Assembly (NCBI RefSeq): GCF_006345805.1
Contig: NC_043004.1
Span: 56,916,001-56,980,000 of the forward strand
DNA length: 64,000 bases
Reading direction: 5' to 3'
DNA from: Octopus sinensis
Taxonomy: Eukaryota
Positions 1 to 11,740 of this stretch are shown in pieces. How positions within the stretch are numbered: the first letter of the stretch is position 1; each line of letters opens with the position of its first letter. The translations under genes were made by a program, and so were the position numbers. The notes beneath the pieces were generated by a model that did no database searches, was not told where the DNA came from, and saw nothing but the letters and a program-made list of their open reading frames with translations.

Positions 1-576
1 CTGCGCCTTTTATATCGACATTTATAACAAGAATGACATACCATCATGACTATCCGTATTTGTTAACTTCTATTTTTTCCACTCACTGGAACAAATTGAC
101 GGATATTCATCGAACTAATCCACACCAGTAGTAATATAAGAAGTCTGGTACTCTATAAACTTTTTATCTGCTAAATTACTGGGTCCTCTCTAAACCAGCG
201 ATGGATGGGGAGCAGAGAACTGACATGCACAGACGTAGACACACATTCATGTACAAGCAGATGATACTACAGACTCGTGCGCGCGTACACGCACAACGGT
301 ACACTCTACACATGGTCAGTGGAAAACACTCGCCGAAGATTCCATGGAGTGAAACTGAACATGAAAGTAAGTGGTTGGAAAACAAATTTCTTACCACACA
401 GTTACGACTGCGACTATATATGTATACATACAGACACACACACACACGTGTGTGTGTGCACATACATATATATGTGTGCTAGTGTGCTTGTATGTGTATG
501 TATATGTTTTTTGTATGTTTACGTAGGTGTGTCTGTGTGGGATTGTGTAGTGGTGTATGTTTGAGTGTTTTCTTGC

Positions 577-593
577 TCTCTCTCTCTCTCTCC

Positions 594-661
<68 letters not shown>

Positions 662-708
662 TTCCATCTATCTATCTATTTCCATCTATCTATCTATCTA
701 TCTATCTA

Positions 709-740
<32 letters not shown>
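577..740. repeat. (TC)n followed by (TCTA)n microsatellite
   Basis: Directly visible; produces the spurious LSIY/IYLS ORFs at 492-832. Confidence 0.95.
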
Positions 741-951
741 GCTCACTCACTCTATCTATTCATCTGTCTATCCCCCTTCTTACCTCTTTAGATAACTGCC
801 TCTACGCTCACGCTTTTGCATTTATTGCCTAGTTCTGAAATTAGTACATCAACAGTTGAAGTTATTAACAAATTTGAGTTTATTAGGTATCACATTACCA
901 TATGTCCATTGCTGAAGGTCTGTTTGTGTTGTAATATATTTATGCAATCAA

Positions 952-1019
952 ATGTTTAGTCTAATAAAGGTAGCCATTTTGAATCATATGTTTAGTCTAA
1001 TAAAGGTAGCCATTTTGAA
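952..1019. repeat. Local direct duplication, period 36 bp
   Basis: ATGTTTAGTCTAATAAAGGTAGCCATTTTGAA occurs identically at 952-983 and 988-1019. Confidence 0.9.
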
Positions 1020-1680
1020 ACGAATCTTTCTTTACGGTCTCTTTGTTTGTTAGTTGTTTATTCACCTTTACTCGGTAGTATTAAAGGAGTTTTATTCAAC
1101 GAACCAAATTGCCGAATTAACAGAATCGTTTGAAATTTGCGTAGGATGCTAATCGGCATTTGTTTAAAGCTCTGTGCCCTGAGTTCAGAATCGCCGTGTT
1201 CAACTTTGAATTGCCATCCGAGTTCGATCAAACTTAGAGCCATACAAAGGTGATTGATACACTGAGGTTGTTAGAGGTTCGGTCGGGAAGATTTTTCTAA
1301 TTCCGTTTTGTATGTATGTATGTATGTATATTTTCCATAATATGCATTCTTCCTCTGAGAAAGGAGAAAGTTTGTAACGAAGATATTAAGCTCCATCGTT
1401 GGCCAAATTCCATCCCTATGTCAGTTGAAAATTTTAAATGTAGATCTTGAAGTCATTTACAAAGGAATTATGTATTACATTGATATATCTAGCATTTAGC
1501 CATTATCTCTTTCTCGTGTTAATTCAGAATAATTTTGACCAGCCAAACATTTGGTGGAAAAGTTGTGACGGAAAGCAGCTTACTTTGTTCATCATCTTTT
1601 AAAATTTGAACACTCTGTGAAACACCCTGGTGGTCCGCAAATGTAGTACTGGGAGTCCAAAAACTAAATTCAAAATTTCG

Positions 1681-1731
<51 letters not shown>

Positions 1732-1895
1732 TGGCTGTGTTGTAGGTAGCTTGTTTACCAACCACATGGTTCCGGGTTCAGTCCCACTGCGTGGCACTTG
1801 GGCAAGTGTCTTCTACTATAGCCTCGGGCCGACCAAATCCTTGTGAGTGGATTGGTAGGCGGAAACTAAAAGAAGCCCGTCGTATATATGTATAT

Positions 1896-1939
<44 letters not shown>

Positions 1940-2165
1940 TATATATTTCGTGTATGTTTGTGTGTCTGTGTTTGTCTCCCTAGCATGCTTGACAACCGAT
2001 GCTGGTGTGTTTATGTCCCCGTAACTTAGCGGTTAGGCAAAAGAGATCGATAGAATAAGTACTGGGCTTACAAAGAATAAGTCATGGGGTCGAGTTGCTC
2101 GATTAAAGGCGGTGCTCCAGCATGGCCACAGTCAATTGACTGAAACAAGTAAAATAGTAAAAGAG
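1732..2165 (+). mobile_element. tRNA-derived SINE, family 1 (bipartite, internal TA/TG microsatellite)
   Basis: A-box-like TGGCTGTGTTGT, B-box-like GGTTCAGTCCC, CORE-like GGGCAAGTGTCTT, internal (TA)n, 3' tail GGCGGTGCTCCAGCATGGCC...CTGAAACAAGTAAAA. Homologous copies at about 28165, 32392, 33718 and 35250. Confidence 0.85.
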
Positions 2166-2929
2166 TATATATGTATGTATATACATAAGGATAAGCATAT
2201 TATAACGGTTCTTGGTAGGGAAAAGATTGGGAACCATTGCTTTAAATCGTAAGACGGCATCCATATCTTTTATAACATCCAATATTGTAATCATTTGTAG
2301 TGTATGAATTAAGGACTTGCATTCTCACACCGAGAACCTAAATGGCGTATTTAACCTCTAAAATCCACCAATATTCTTCGTTTCATCATAGACAAGTTGG
2401 TCTGTAGAAGTCTTAACTATTTATTATCCTGTTCTGTATGTATGCATATGTGTGGAATTTCAACTCCGTCGACACAGTAATTGTGCAAGTATATTTGCAT
2501 GCGGGTAAATATTTGGAGCCATTGTATGTGCATATTTGTATGTATGTATGTATTGATGTATGTATGTATGTATGTATGTAGTATGTATGTCCTTATTCAA
2601 TTTATTTCAAATTTTCTTGCCAATAGAAAAAGAACTGGTTTCTACCCTAGCTCCAAGGTTTGTTTATTAGAATTTCAACATCAGCAAACGGGTATGTATG
2701 TATGTATGCATGAATGTATGTCGGTAGGAATGCATGTATGTGCAGATTTTTATGTTTTATGTTTGTATTCTCAGGCATATAGTTCATGTCTAGACATGCT
2801 CATCTATTAAATAAAAGTTAATGTCTATGTGTTTGTGTGCTCGTGTGTTACTTATAGACTACAAAAGTACTGGACCGATTCTAATGAAATTTGGAGTACC
2901 TGTACGTATATATATATATGTATGTATCT

Positions 2930-3047
2930 ACAAGTGGTAAGCGAATTAGCCGTACAGGCAAATTAATAAAATATATACATACAATATTAAATATATACAT
3001 ACATACACAAGGGTACCACATGAGTACATATATCGCTAATGATAGAA
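2930..3047. repeat. Left arm of about 120-bp inverted repeat (partner 4228-4349)
   Basis: ACAAGTGGTAAGCGAATTAGCCGTACAGGCAAATTAATAAAATATATAC...GATAGAA matches the reverse complement of 4228-4349; ORFs 2891+ and 4124- share RISRTGKLIKYI..TQGY.MSTYI. Confidence 0.9.
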
Positions 3048-3159
3048 TGCTGGTCAACTCGATACCTAGGTGGCGCTAAATTACGAAACCGGTACCAAGT
3101 TGACCAGAATTTACTTGTTCTGACCCATTTGAGGTAAGACATTATTATTGTTCACTGAT

Positions 3160-4166
3160 ATTGCTAGCTATGCAGATGACACAAAAGTCTCCCACACAAT
3201 ACAAAACCCTGAAAATATTTCGCATCTGTAACAGGAGTTGGATACAATATACAGGTGGGCTGAGGACAACAACATACAGTTTAACGCAGGTAATTTCCAG
3301 GCCCTGCGCTACCGGCACACAAAGGTAAACGACGTGCAGACTGGATATACTGGCCCAGGAAGAATTGCAATCCCCGAGTCAAAATCAGTGCATGACCTGG
3401 GCATTGACATGAGCAACGATGCACCTTTCCAAGTGCATATTAATAATCTGGTGATAAAATGCAGACGGCTAGCTGGATGGATTCTTCGAACTTTCAGAAC
3501 AAGAGAGAAGGAGACACTGATGGTCCTATGGAAAACATTGTCCTCAGCCGCTTGGACTACTGCTCCAACTTTGGTCACCACACAATATAAAACAAACAGC
3601 AGAACTCGAAGCAACTCAAGAAGCTACACAAAGAAAATCGTCTCAATGGAAAATGTCAGCTACTGGGAAAGACTGAAAGTATTAAACCTCTTCTCCCTAG
3701 AGCGAAAGCGGGAGAGATATGCGGTGATATACATTTGGAAAATCCTGGAGGGTCTTGTCCCAAACTTTGGCATTCAAAGTTACCCCAACCGCAGAACGGG
3801 GCGCCACTGCATGGTACCAAAAATTCCAACATCACCATCAAAATACAGGTCCAGATACTGCAACAGCTTGGGTTTCAGAGGACCACAGCTCTTTAACATC
3901 CTCCCTAAATGCCTGAGAGACTTACATGGTGTGGATGTGGGTTTCTTTAAAACTAAACTGGATCTCTTCTTGTCGGGGGTCCCAGGTGAACCTACCTCAC
4001 GACAGGAGACACAGATGCGGGCAGCGGCATCGAACTCCCTTGTTGATCAAGTGCCACGTACCAGAGGTGGATTCACATATTAGTGTAGCTCATTCAGCGG
4101 TTGTGCCCCAGCATGGCAGCGGCCTACGGGATAAAACATTTTTCAGGATTTACGGATTTAAGGATA
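3160..4166 (+). mobile_element. 5'-truncated CR1/L2-group LINE: end of reverse transcriptase, C-terminal region and 3' tail (pseudogenised)
   Basis: IASYADDTKV (YADD at 3169-3180) is in frame with ORF 3238-4083 through one stop at 3229-3231. Typical motifs WAEDNNIQFN, LNLFSLERKRERY, FKTKLDLFLSGVPGEP, AASNSL. Short AGGATTT-like tail repeats at 4145-4165. Confidence 0.9.
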
Positions 4167-4227
4167 TTTTTTCCTATATTGTCTGAAATAGATTTGTGAC
4201 TATTCGGTGGTACAGAAGTTTTTTGAC

Positions 4228-4349
4228 TTCTATCACTAGAGATATAGGTACTCATGAGGTACCCTTGTGTATATACGTACATATTAAATATTGTAAGTAT
4301 ATATTTTATTAATTTGCCTGTACGGCTAATAATTCGCTTAACCACTTGT
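4228..4349. repeat. Right arm of about 120-bp inverted repeat (partner 2930-3047)
   Basis: Reverse-complement match to 2930-3047 with scattered substitutions and small indels. Confidence 0.9.
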
Positions 4350-4384
4350 GATGGTATTTTAATAGTACCATCCCTATATTTATT

Positions 4385-4417
<33 letters not shown>

Positions 4418-4974
4418 TATATAATCATACACGCACACACATATATAGCGTTGCAGTTGTTGAGGTTTATAAGTAGTGATGAGTCAGCATCGATATGCTA
4501 ATGAGACTTCTGGCAACTGGTTCCAGACCCGTTTGGATATGATATCGAGACTTTGTACAAGATTGATGATCTTTTGTTTTTTAGGGTGTGTCTTATGAGT
4601 TATTACTAAGGAACCGTTATTAAGTTCACATGTCCGCGACTTCATATTACACGCGCGCACACATACACATATACATGCACACACACACAGACAAACACTT
4701 GTATACACACACGCACATGCACTTAATCACAAGTGTATAGGATTCATCATGCATAGTTTTGTCAATATGTATGATGTGTATGTATTGATGTATTTTATTA
4801 CATAGTAGAGAACCTTTGTGATTCAAAGGGGAATAGTGAAACTTATAAATGTGTGATATGAGCTTTTCTTAGTTAAATTATGATTCGTCGGTTTATTAAC
4901 CCCAAATTTAGACATAAGATCAATCGACCGATGGACTGTAGTTCCTTTAGGACACACACAAACACACACACTCA

Positions 4975-4997
4975 TATATACATATACATATATATAT

Positions 4998-5063
<66 letters not shown>

Positions 5064-5118
5064 TGTATGTATGTATGTATGTATGTATGCATGCATGTCT
5101 ATATATCAGTCTACCTAC

Positions 5119-5180
<62 letters not shown>
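4975..5180. repeat. Compound microsatellite (TA)n-(TATG)n-(TA)n-(GA)n
   Basis: Directly visible. Confidence 0.95.
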
Positions 5181-5540
5181 AGAAAGATGTATTTGGCTGA
5201 TATTATGCATTCATTAAATGTCCTTTTTGTGTTTTACGATAGTATAATTTCGATTGCTTCCGGTTGAAATTGTGCGTGCAGTACTTGTGTTTGGACAGGA
5301 AGATGAGAATACGGAACAATTTGTTAGGAAATGTTATACAAGTTAATATTACTCCGTTGTTCTTGAACTGTGTTTTTAATTCATTATGTAATCCTTAGTT
5401 ATATCCGTAATCGTGTTGTATGCATATCTTTTAATTTTTACCTTTTCAGTTTATAAACACATCGGCGCTTTTTTTTTGCTCTCTTTCTTTCCTCTCACGG
5501 GGTTTTCACCTACGTATATGAATGTATGGATGTAATAGAA

Positions 5541-5603
<63 letters not shown>

Positions 5604-5609
5604 CTATCA

Positions 5610-5704
5610 ATATGTCTTCTTGTCCGTCTGTCTCTCTGTCCGTTTGTTTTTCTGCCTGTCTGTTTATCTATCTATTTATCTATCTTTATACACACACACA
5701 AACA

Positions 5705-5784
<80 letters not shown>

Positions 5785-5878
5785 GAGTGTTTGTGTGTGT
5801 GTATAAAGATAGATAGATAAATAAACAGACAGGCAGAAAAACAAACGGACAGAGAGACAGACGGACAGGAAGACATAT
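5610..5878. repeat. Near-perfect palindrome, about 100-bp arms around a (TA)n centre
   Basis: 5610-5710 is the reverse complement of 5782-5878, apart from one substitution and one 4-nt repeat unit. Confidence 0.92.
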
Positions 5879-6641
5879 AGATAGAATGATATATATATAT
5901 ATATACGCGTAGACACACACATATATGAATTTGTACACGGAAACTATTCAATAAATGGTCGGTCTATTGATGAATTGACGTTTTGAATTTTGTCTCACTT
6001 CTTTTATTTTATATGTAAAGTAGAAATACACATCAAAGTCAACATTTATTCAATATGTATAAACACAATAAGCCTATATTGTGGTGCCCAACATATATTT
6101 GTGATAAAGAGATATACAGAAAATATGTGTGTCTTCATATACATGCGCGCACGCACACACACACACACATGCACATATATAACGAAGGTAGATATCGCAA
6201 CAGACGGGAATCTATGTTGCAGACAGAATTATGTGTTTTGAGTATCACTACTGACACATAAACGGACTGGTTTCCAGATCTCAGTCGAGTTTTAGTGGTC
6301 TGTTTTTGTAAACAAGAAACTTTCGCATCATAAGACTGTTTTATGTTTATTCCAAATAATCTATCTTTGCCCGCAGTTTATGAAACATTGGTATGGATTA
6401 TAAATAACAGTAACGCTTACAGTATTTCGAATACTGATTGTAATCTTTTCAGTTTTCAAAGTATCTAATTCATAAAGTGGAACATTAGAATAGTCTGTGT
6501 GATCAATAGAGCAATATTATATATTTAGAGATAAGACAATGATTTGCCTGATAGATATGTAGCTTAGTACGTTAGGCAGTAATGAAAAACACACAAACAT
6601 AAACAGACACACACACACGGACACACATACATATGTATATT

Positions 6642-6835
6642 CACGAGGGGATGCTGTAAATTTCATGGCTGTAAGGGTTTGGCGAAAGGCATGGTTAGAG
6701 GCTCAAACTTCTGATTTCTTTTAGAGAACTCGCCTCAATTGGCATATGGCTGTGAAAGAGGACTATGTTGAATATAATTAACTGATCTTCCTCTATTTTC
6801 TTTTGCCCAAAGTCAGGAACTCCTCAACATTCCTC

Positions 6836-6838
<3 letters not shown>
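6642..6838. mobile_element. Degenerate Tc1/mariner-like MITE
   Basis: Ends CACGAGGGGATGCTG... and ...CAACATTCCTCGTA form imperfect TIRs of the TACGAGG type; right end abuts TA. Confidence 0.5.
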
Positions 6839-6877
<39 letters not shown>

Positions 6878-7134
6878 AGTTAATATACAGAGAGAAGACC
6901 CTTGACAGGATACATTTTTTGTTGTATTTATTCTAGTGTCATTATCAGTGTGCCTTAAAATTTATTTTTTCATGGTTTGGGTTTAACTGCCCTTTTTAGC
7001 ATGTAAGAAGTCTTGCGAATAGTCTTCTGTCTGTATATAAATCTTAAATCTTAAATCATATGTACAAAAGTGTTATGTCGTTTGACTCTTATTACGCATG
7101 CGCGGAAAAACAACCCAATATTTTTAACAGGGAT

Positions 7135-7850
7135 AGTTGCGGGTATAAGAGACTATAACCAAGGTGTGAATCTGGGCATCAGCGAGAACAGTCCGCCTGG
7201 TTTCTTTCGGAGGAATCTCAGATCGAATATCATGGACAATTTCCCAAGAAGATTGATATGGCTATGCTACAAGAGTGCATTGCATGTTTGAGGCGAGGTT
7301 TTTCAGTCACGAAAGTTAACAGTCGAATTGGTATGAAACCTGGATGCAATCGTTTAATGCCCGCACATTAGAGATTTCTGCATTGGCGTTGAATGGCTGT
7401 TGTCACGTATTAGACGAATCAAGCTGACCGTCGAGTGTATAGAAGAAAGGCAAATTTTTGTTTTGTGGCTGTGGCGAAAGAGACAGTAAGGTTTGAAGAC
7501 AAGTACGTTTCTATCTGGCCAAGAACTCATCTAATTCTTCAAGTAACATTTGAGGTTAGAGCGGGAGGTACTGCCATTTAGTGTTTTTATCAAAAGGTGG
7601 ATGAGAGTGGTAAGACTGGTGAGACTGAGTGGTTCTACTCTAAGTGTGCTTTTGTAAGGAGAAGGAAAGATGACGCTTCCGATGAAAGATGACACTTCCG
7701 ATGGAAGATGACACTTCCAATGCCTGGGAGATGACAGAGTAATCCGGAACGTTTGCGTAGTGCTTTACTGCTTATTAGTCTAGGTGGACTGCCCTGCTAG
7801 TGAGGATTCTGTCTCTTTGCTATCTCAAATTTCTAGTAATATATTCTTTG
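7135..7850 (+). mobile_element. Decayed 3' end of an L1/Tx1-like LINE ORF2 plus 3' UTR
   Basis: Frameshifted pieces FFRRNLRSNIMDNFPRRLIWLCYKSALHV, FVAVAKETV, KTSTFLSGQELI, LEREVLPFSVFIKRWMRVVRL...* (stop 7655-7657) resemble L1/Tx1 ORF2 C-termini and match the minus-strand copy near 16.6-16.9 kb. Confidence 0.7.
7665..7721 (+). repeat. 3 x 19-bp tandem repeat in the LINE 3' UTR
   Basis: GAAAGATGACGCTTCCGAT / GAAAGATGACACTTCCGAT / GGAAGATGACACTTCCAAT. Confidence 0.9.
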
Positions 7851-7922
7851 TTATGTCCTTTGATGTTCATTATTTACATTATTTATATTTGACGGATATT
7901 TGTCCTCATCTTGTTTGTTGTT

Positions 7923-7968
7923 AACACAAAGTTTCGGCTGATATACCCTCCAGCTTTCATCAGGTGTC
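7923..7968 (-). ncRNA. Minimal type I hammerhead ribozyme motif (mutated copy)
   Basis: Minus strand GACAC CTGATGA AA GCTGG agggtata TCAGC C GAAAC TTT GTGTT: stem I GACAC/GTGTT, stem II 5 bp. Stem III reads AACTTT here and AACGTT in the sister copy at 8206-8218. Confidence 0.7.
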
Positions 7969-8072
7969 TTGGAGAAACAAGACACCTGATGAAGGCACCA
8001 TATGGTGTAGTGGTTAAGCGCGCAGGCTACTAACCCCAAAATTCCGAGTTCGATTTCAGGCAGTGACCTTAA

Positions 8073-8073
8073 C

Positions 8074-8151
<78 letters not shown>
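8073..8151. repeat. (AAT)n microsatellite
   Basis: Directly visible; explains the poly-I and poly-L ORFs. Confidence 0.95.
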
Positions 8152-8152
<1 letters not shown>

Positions 8153-8420
8153 TCAAATAGAAAAAAAGCCTTAGGGATGAGAAACCAGGTTCAAAATTTC
8201 CGCAAGAAACGTTGTGTTAACAACAAAATGAGGACAAATATCCGTAAAATGTAAATAATGTAAATAGTGTGCATAATTCCTCATTTCATATATAGAACTG
8301 GATTATCTTTTCATGTTGTAGTATTTCCTTTTGATCAATATAAACTCCACCTGTTTTTCGCGTTGTTTCTCCTCCTTTGATATTGTCCTCCATGACTTGG
8401 GCTTCAGTGTACAATTAAAG

Positions 8421-8421
8421 A

Positions 8422-8481
<60 letters not shown>

Positions 8482-8497
8482 TATTATTATTATTATT
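8421..8497. repeat. (AAT)n immediately followed by (TTA)n
   Basis: Directly visible; the two tracts are mutually complementary. Confidence 0.9.
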
Positions 8498-10732
8498 AAA
8501 TATTATTTCACTTCAAAAATTCTATAAAGTGAACCAAAATTTGCAAATATATGTTGCGACCATAGAAACACACTCACGAAATTGGAAGAAGATAGTTTGT
8601 TGGTTAATTTTACTGTAAATTCTTGAAGGTTACCCAACATTTGAGAAATGGAAAACAAAATTGACTGTGATAGAATTTGAAGACAGAATGTACAGAGAAA
8701 ATATTTATACAGAAAATTGATATTTGTAACGATCTAGTTTTTCTGCTAATCCACCATCTTCAAAGTGTGCCATTACTAATTACTAAATATAAAGGACATA
8801 TTTATTTTATGTAACAATTTGCTTGATCTTACCAATAAATGTTTCTGAATGTATGTGTGTGTGTGTGTATGTGTGTGTGCGAGTTCGTGTGTGTGTTTGA
8901 GTTTTGTGTGTGTAATTGCTACACCATATAATTTTTTATATAAAAAAATATATTCGCATTTATTCTTACAATAAATCCTTCCCCAAAAAAGCTATTTGAA
9001 AAGTTCTGTAATACTTTTAACGTATGAAATATCTGAAAATGTCTTTGCTTATTATACCGAACACTATGATTGACATTGAAATAAGCCAGATGTCTTTTCA
9101 CTTGAAATGGAAGCGTAATCACTAACAAATCGTGACGTGGCTTTAAAAAAATGAATAAACACATAAGAAGTCTCTGTAATTATAAGAAAGTTCGGGAAGG
9201 CCATAGAAAGAAAGGATTCCGTCAAATTTGTTCTCATATGAAATAAGGTGGTATTTAACAGCTACAGAAATAATGACGTCGTTAAACGATATTTAAAAAC
9301 ACGCCTTTTTTATCATTCTTCTCCTGAGACACCTTCCTAGCTTGTAGAGAAATATATGAAAGATTTTAAGAATTTGTAGCTAATCGAAAACAGACGTTTG
9401 TTCTTCTTACATTTAATTTTACTTTTATTATTTTGTTCATGATTGGTGAGAGCGCCTGGTAGGCCTTGGTTTGCTGCCATCACTACAGCCCAGCAATAAC
9501 GCCGATACAGTTTTGTAGAGGAGGCCCAAAAGTGCCGCCCCCACAAAAACGACAACCTTCGCTTCTTCAACTCGCATCCAAACTCGTTCCCCTCGCCACC
9601 TTGCCCATCTCACCTTCTATCCCGTCTCGCCAGCCTGTCTCGCCCACCCATCTTGCCTACCCGTCTCGCTCGCCCGTCTCGTCTGCCTGTCTCGCCCTCT
9701 TACGCCCATCCTTCCTCTCACCCTATTATTGTGCCCCCGTCTCAATCCCTCTCATTTTCATCACCTCTCTCGGATGTCCCTTGACCAAACCTGGACTCCA
9801 TTTCTCCTCGTTACTCCACCCAGCTTTACTCCTTATCGGAAGAAACTTGCACGTGCTCAGATAAATTGCTGTTGAGCCGATAAATTCAAACTGAGCAAGC
9901 TCATATTTCTTAGGTAATCGTTAGGACAGCGGATACACTGGACAAACCAGTGTTTAAATGTGCGATCCTCAGTTTTCTCTTTACCGTTATAATTTTTTCC
10001 CATTACTTTCTCTAAACGTCTACGTGAGCATTGCCGCAGAGTAAAAGACGAAAGAATAAATGAAATTTAACGTGTTAGCCGTATTTTAAGACAATGGCGT
10101 CTGGTTGCATAGACTGAGTTCACCGGAGGTTTAAATCTCACTCCTTAGATTGCTTAGCTAAATTTGTTAGCTGTGACTAAAATAAAAAATAGAGATGTAA
10201 CTATGTATCGTTTTGCAGACGATTAACATCTTCCTTCATCTGACCCCTAATAAGCTTCAACAACTTCTCACTCTTTATCGCTTTCAACTTTTAAATTATG
10301 ACACCATTATTATTCTCACTGCACGAAATATAACTAAATCATACTACTATATACATATTTATGAAATACGAGTTAGTGCTGCACAAGCAACCGATACCGA
10401 CAAAATTATGTTGCCGTCTATGTTCAGTAACATCTTACTTATAAATTCAAATAAGCCTGAAATCCCTAAGGAGTTGATTCAAAAGATCTTATAAATTACT
10501 ACAATGGAATTACACGGCTCTGACCTTCCAAATATGACATTGCCCAGAAAAGTGAAATCCTATTTTTAAACAAATAGGCAATAATATTATGTTCGGTTAA
10601 TCTTCCTTGAATTCTTATCAATGCTCTTTTGATATATTGGACATCATTTTTATCTTAGCAGCCATATGATAAATTTTCGATTGCATCTGGTGAATAATTT
10701 ATTTGCTTGTATAATTTGCCTTGATGGGAATA

Positions 10733-10785
<53 letters not shown>

Positions 10786-11189
10786 ACGTTATATATATAT
10801 ATAGATATATATATGTATATATATATACGTTATATATATATATATAGATATAGATATATATATATATATATGTTTGTGTGGGTGTGTGTGTATGCATGTA
10901 TATATAATGTGTATACATATATATATATACACATGCATATATGTGTGTATATGACTGTGTAAGCATACATGTGTGTGCTTGTGTGTGTGTGTGTGTGCAA
11001 GCATTTCATACTTAAATAGTCGAACACCCGAATATATATATAGTACATAAACAAGGAATTCCGATTACTTGTCAAACACTCTTGGTGGCAGATATATAAG
11101 GCAAATTACGTTTAGAAACAAAACATTTGTTTATTGGCTTCTCCGGCTGTACATGTATATGCCATATACATGCACACACACACACACAG

Positions 11190-11257
<68 letters not shown>

Positions 11258-11295
11258 ATATACCACGATATATATTTTATTTTCTTCTATGTATA

Positions 11296-11327
<32 letters not shown>

Positions 11328-11611
11328 TACGTTGAATTATAATGAAACTGATGTTACCGTAAACTGAATGATTACGCAACGCATTTCATTGAATACTTAT
11401 TCTACTCTTACAAAACTTGACACGTCCACACATCTGGTGTGTATATCTATGTGTGAGGTAGTTTAGGTGGGCACGCATATACTTTTGATTGCTTGAATAT
11501 AAGCTGTGTCTCATCTACTCTCATACAAATTTAAACTATTTCACCTTCGTTTATAACGATCTATTTAAAACAGTATCCTATTTAACAATTCATAATCTAT
11601 TTAAATAATTA

Positions 11612-11740
11612 ATTCTTACCATAGGCACAAGGCCAGATGCCCTTGTGGGAAGGGCCAGTCGATTTCAACGAACCCCATCCTATACTGATACTTAACTTAC
11701 GGCCTTGAAAGAATGAAAAACAAAATCGTTCTCAGCGAGA
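11612..11740 (-). mobile_element. Degenerate SINE family 2 fragment
   Basis: CATAGGCACAAGGCC...CCAGTCGATTTCAACGAACCCC...GAAAGAATGAAAAACAAAATCG resembles the reverse complement of the family 2 body and tail. Confidence 0.5.

Larger units (their letters stand above)
7851..8295. mobile_element. Composite repeat: inverted Penelope-pLTR-like copy, tRNA-like head, (AAT)n, and direct pLTR-like copy
   Basis: 7880-7977 is the reverse complement of a sequence also present at about 8190-8260 (GTGTTAACAAC...ATGAGGACAAATATCCGT.AAAT.TAAATAATGTAAATA). Perfect 16-bp hairpin 7956-7971/7978-7993. A-box 8003-8013, B-box 8046-8056. Confidence 0.75.

Noticed and set aside
3061-3078. CTAGGTGGCGC as a CTCF site
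   Set aside because: The 5' CCA of the consensus is missing and the motif lies inside a transposon-like segment.
3238-4083. 281-aa ORF as a host gene
   Set aside because: It is LINE ORF2 with an upstream in-frame stop, TTG start and an internal frameshifted stretch.
4484-4708. Minus-strand ORF with KRVWNQLPEV
   Set aside because: Half is CA repeat and the rest only faintly resembles a LINE C-terminus (WNxLP); too weak to call.
7996-8070. tRNA gene (also the heads near 1732, 26762, 31806, 49257)
   Set aside because: A and B boxes are present but there is no complete acceptor stem or cloverleaf, and each continues into repeat sequence, so these are SINE heads.
8000-8218. Split plus-strand hammerhead joining 7981-7995 with 8206-8218
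   Set aside because: Core halves and stem I are available, but no convincing stem II can close next to GAAA.
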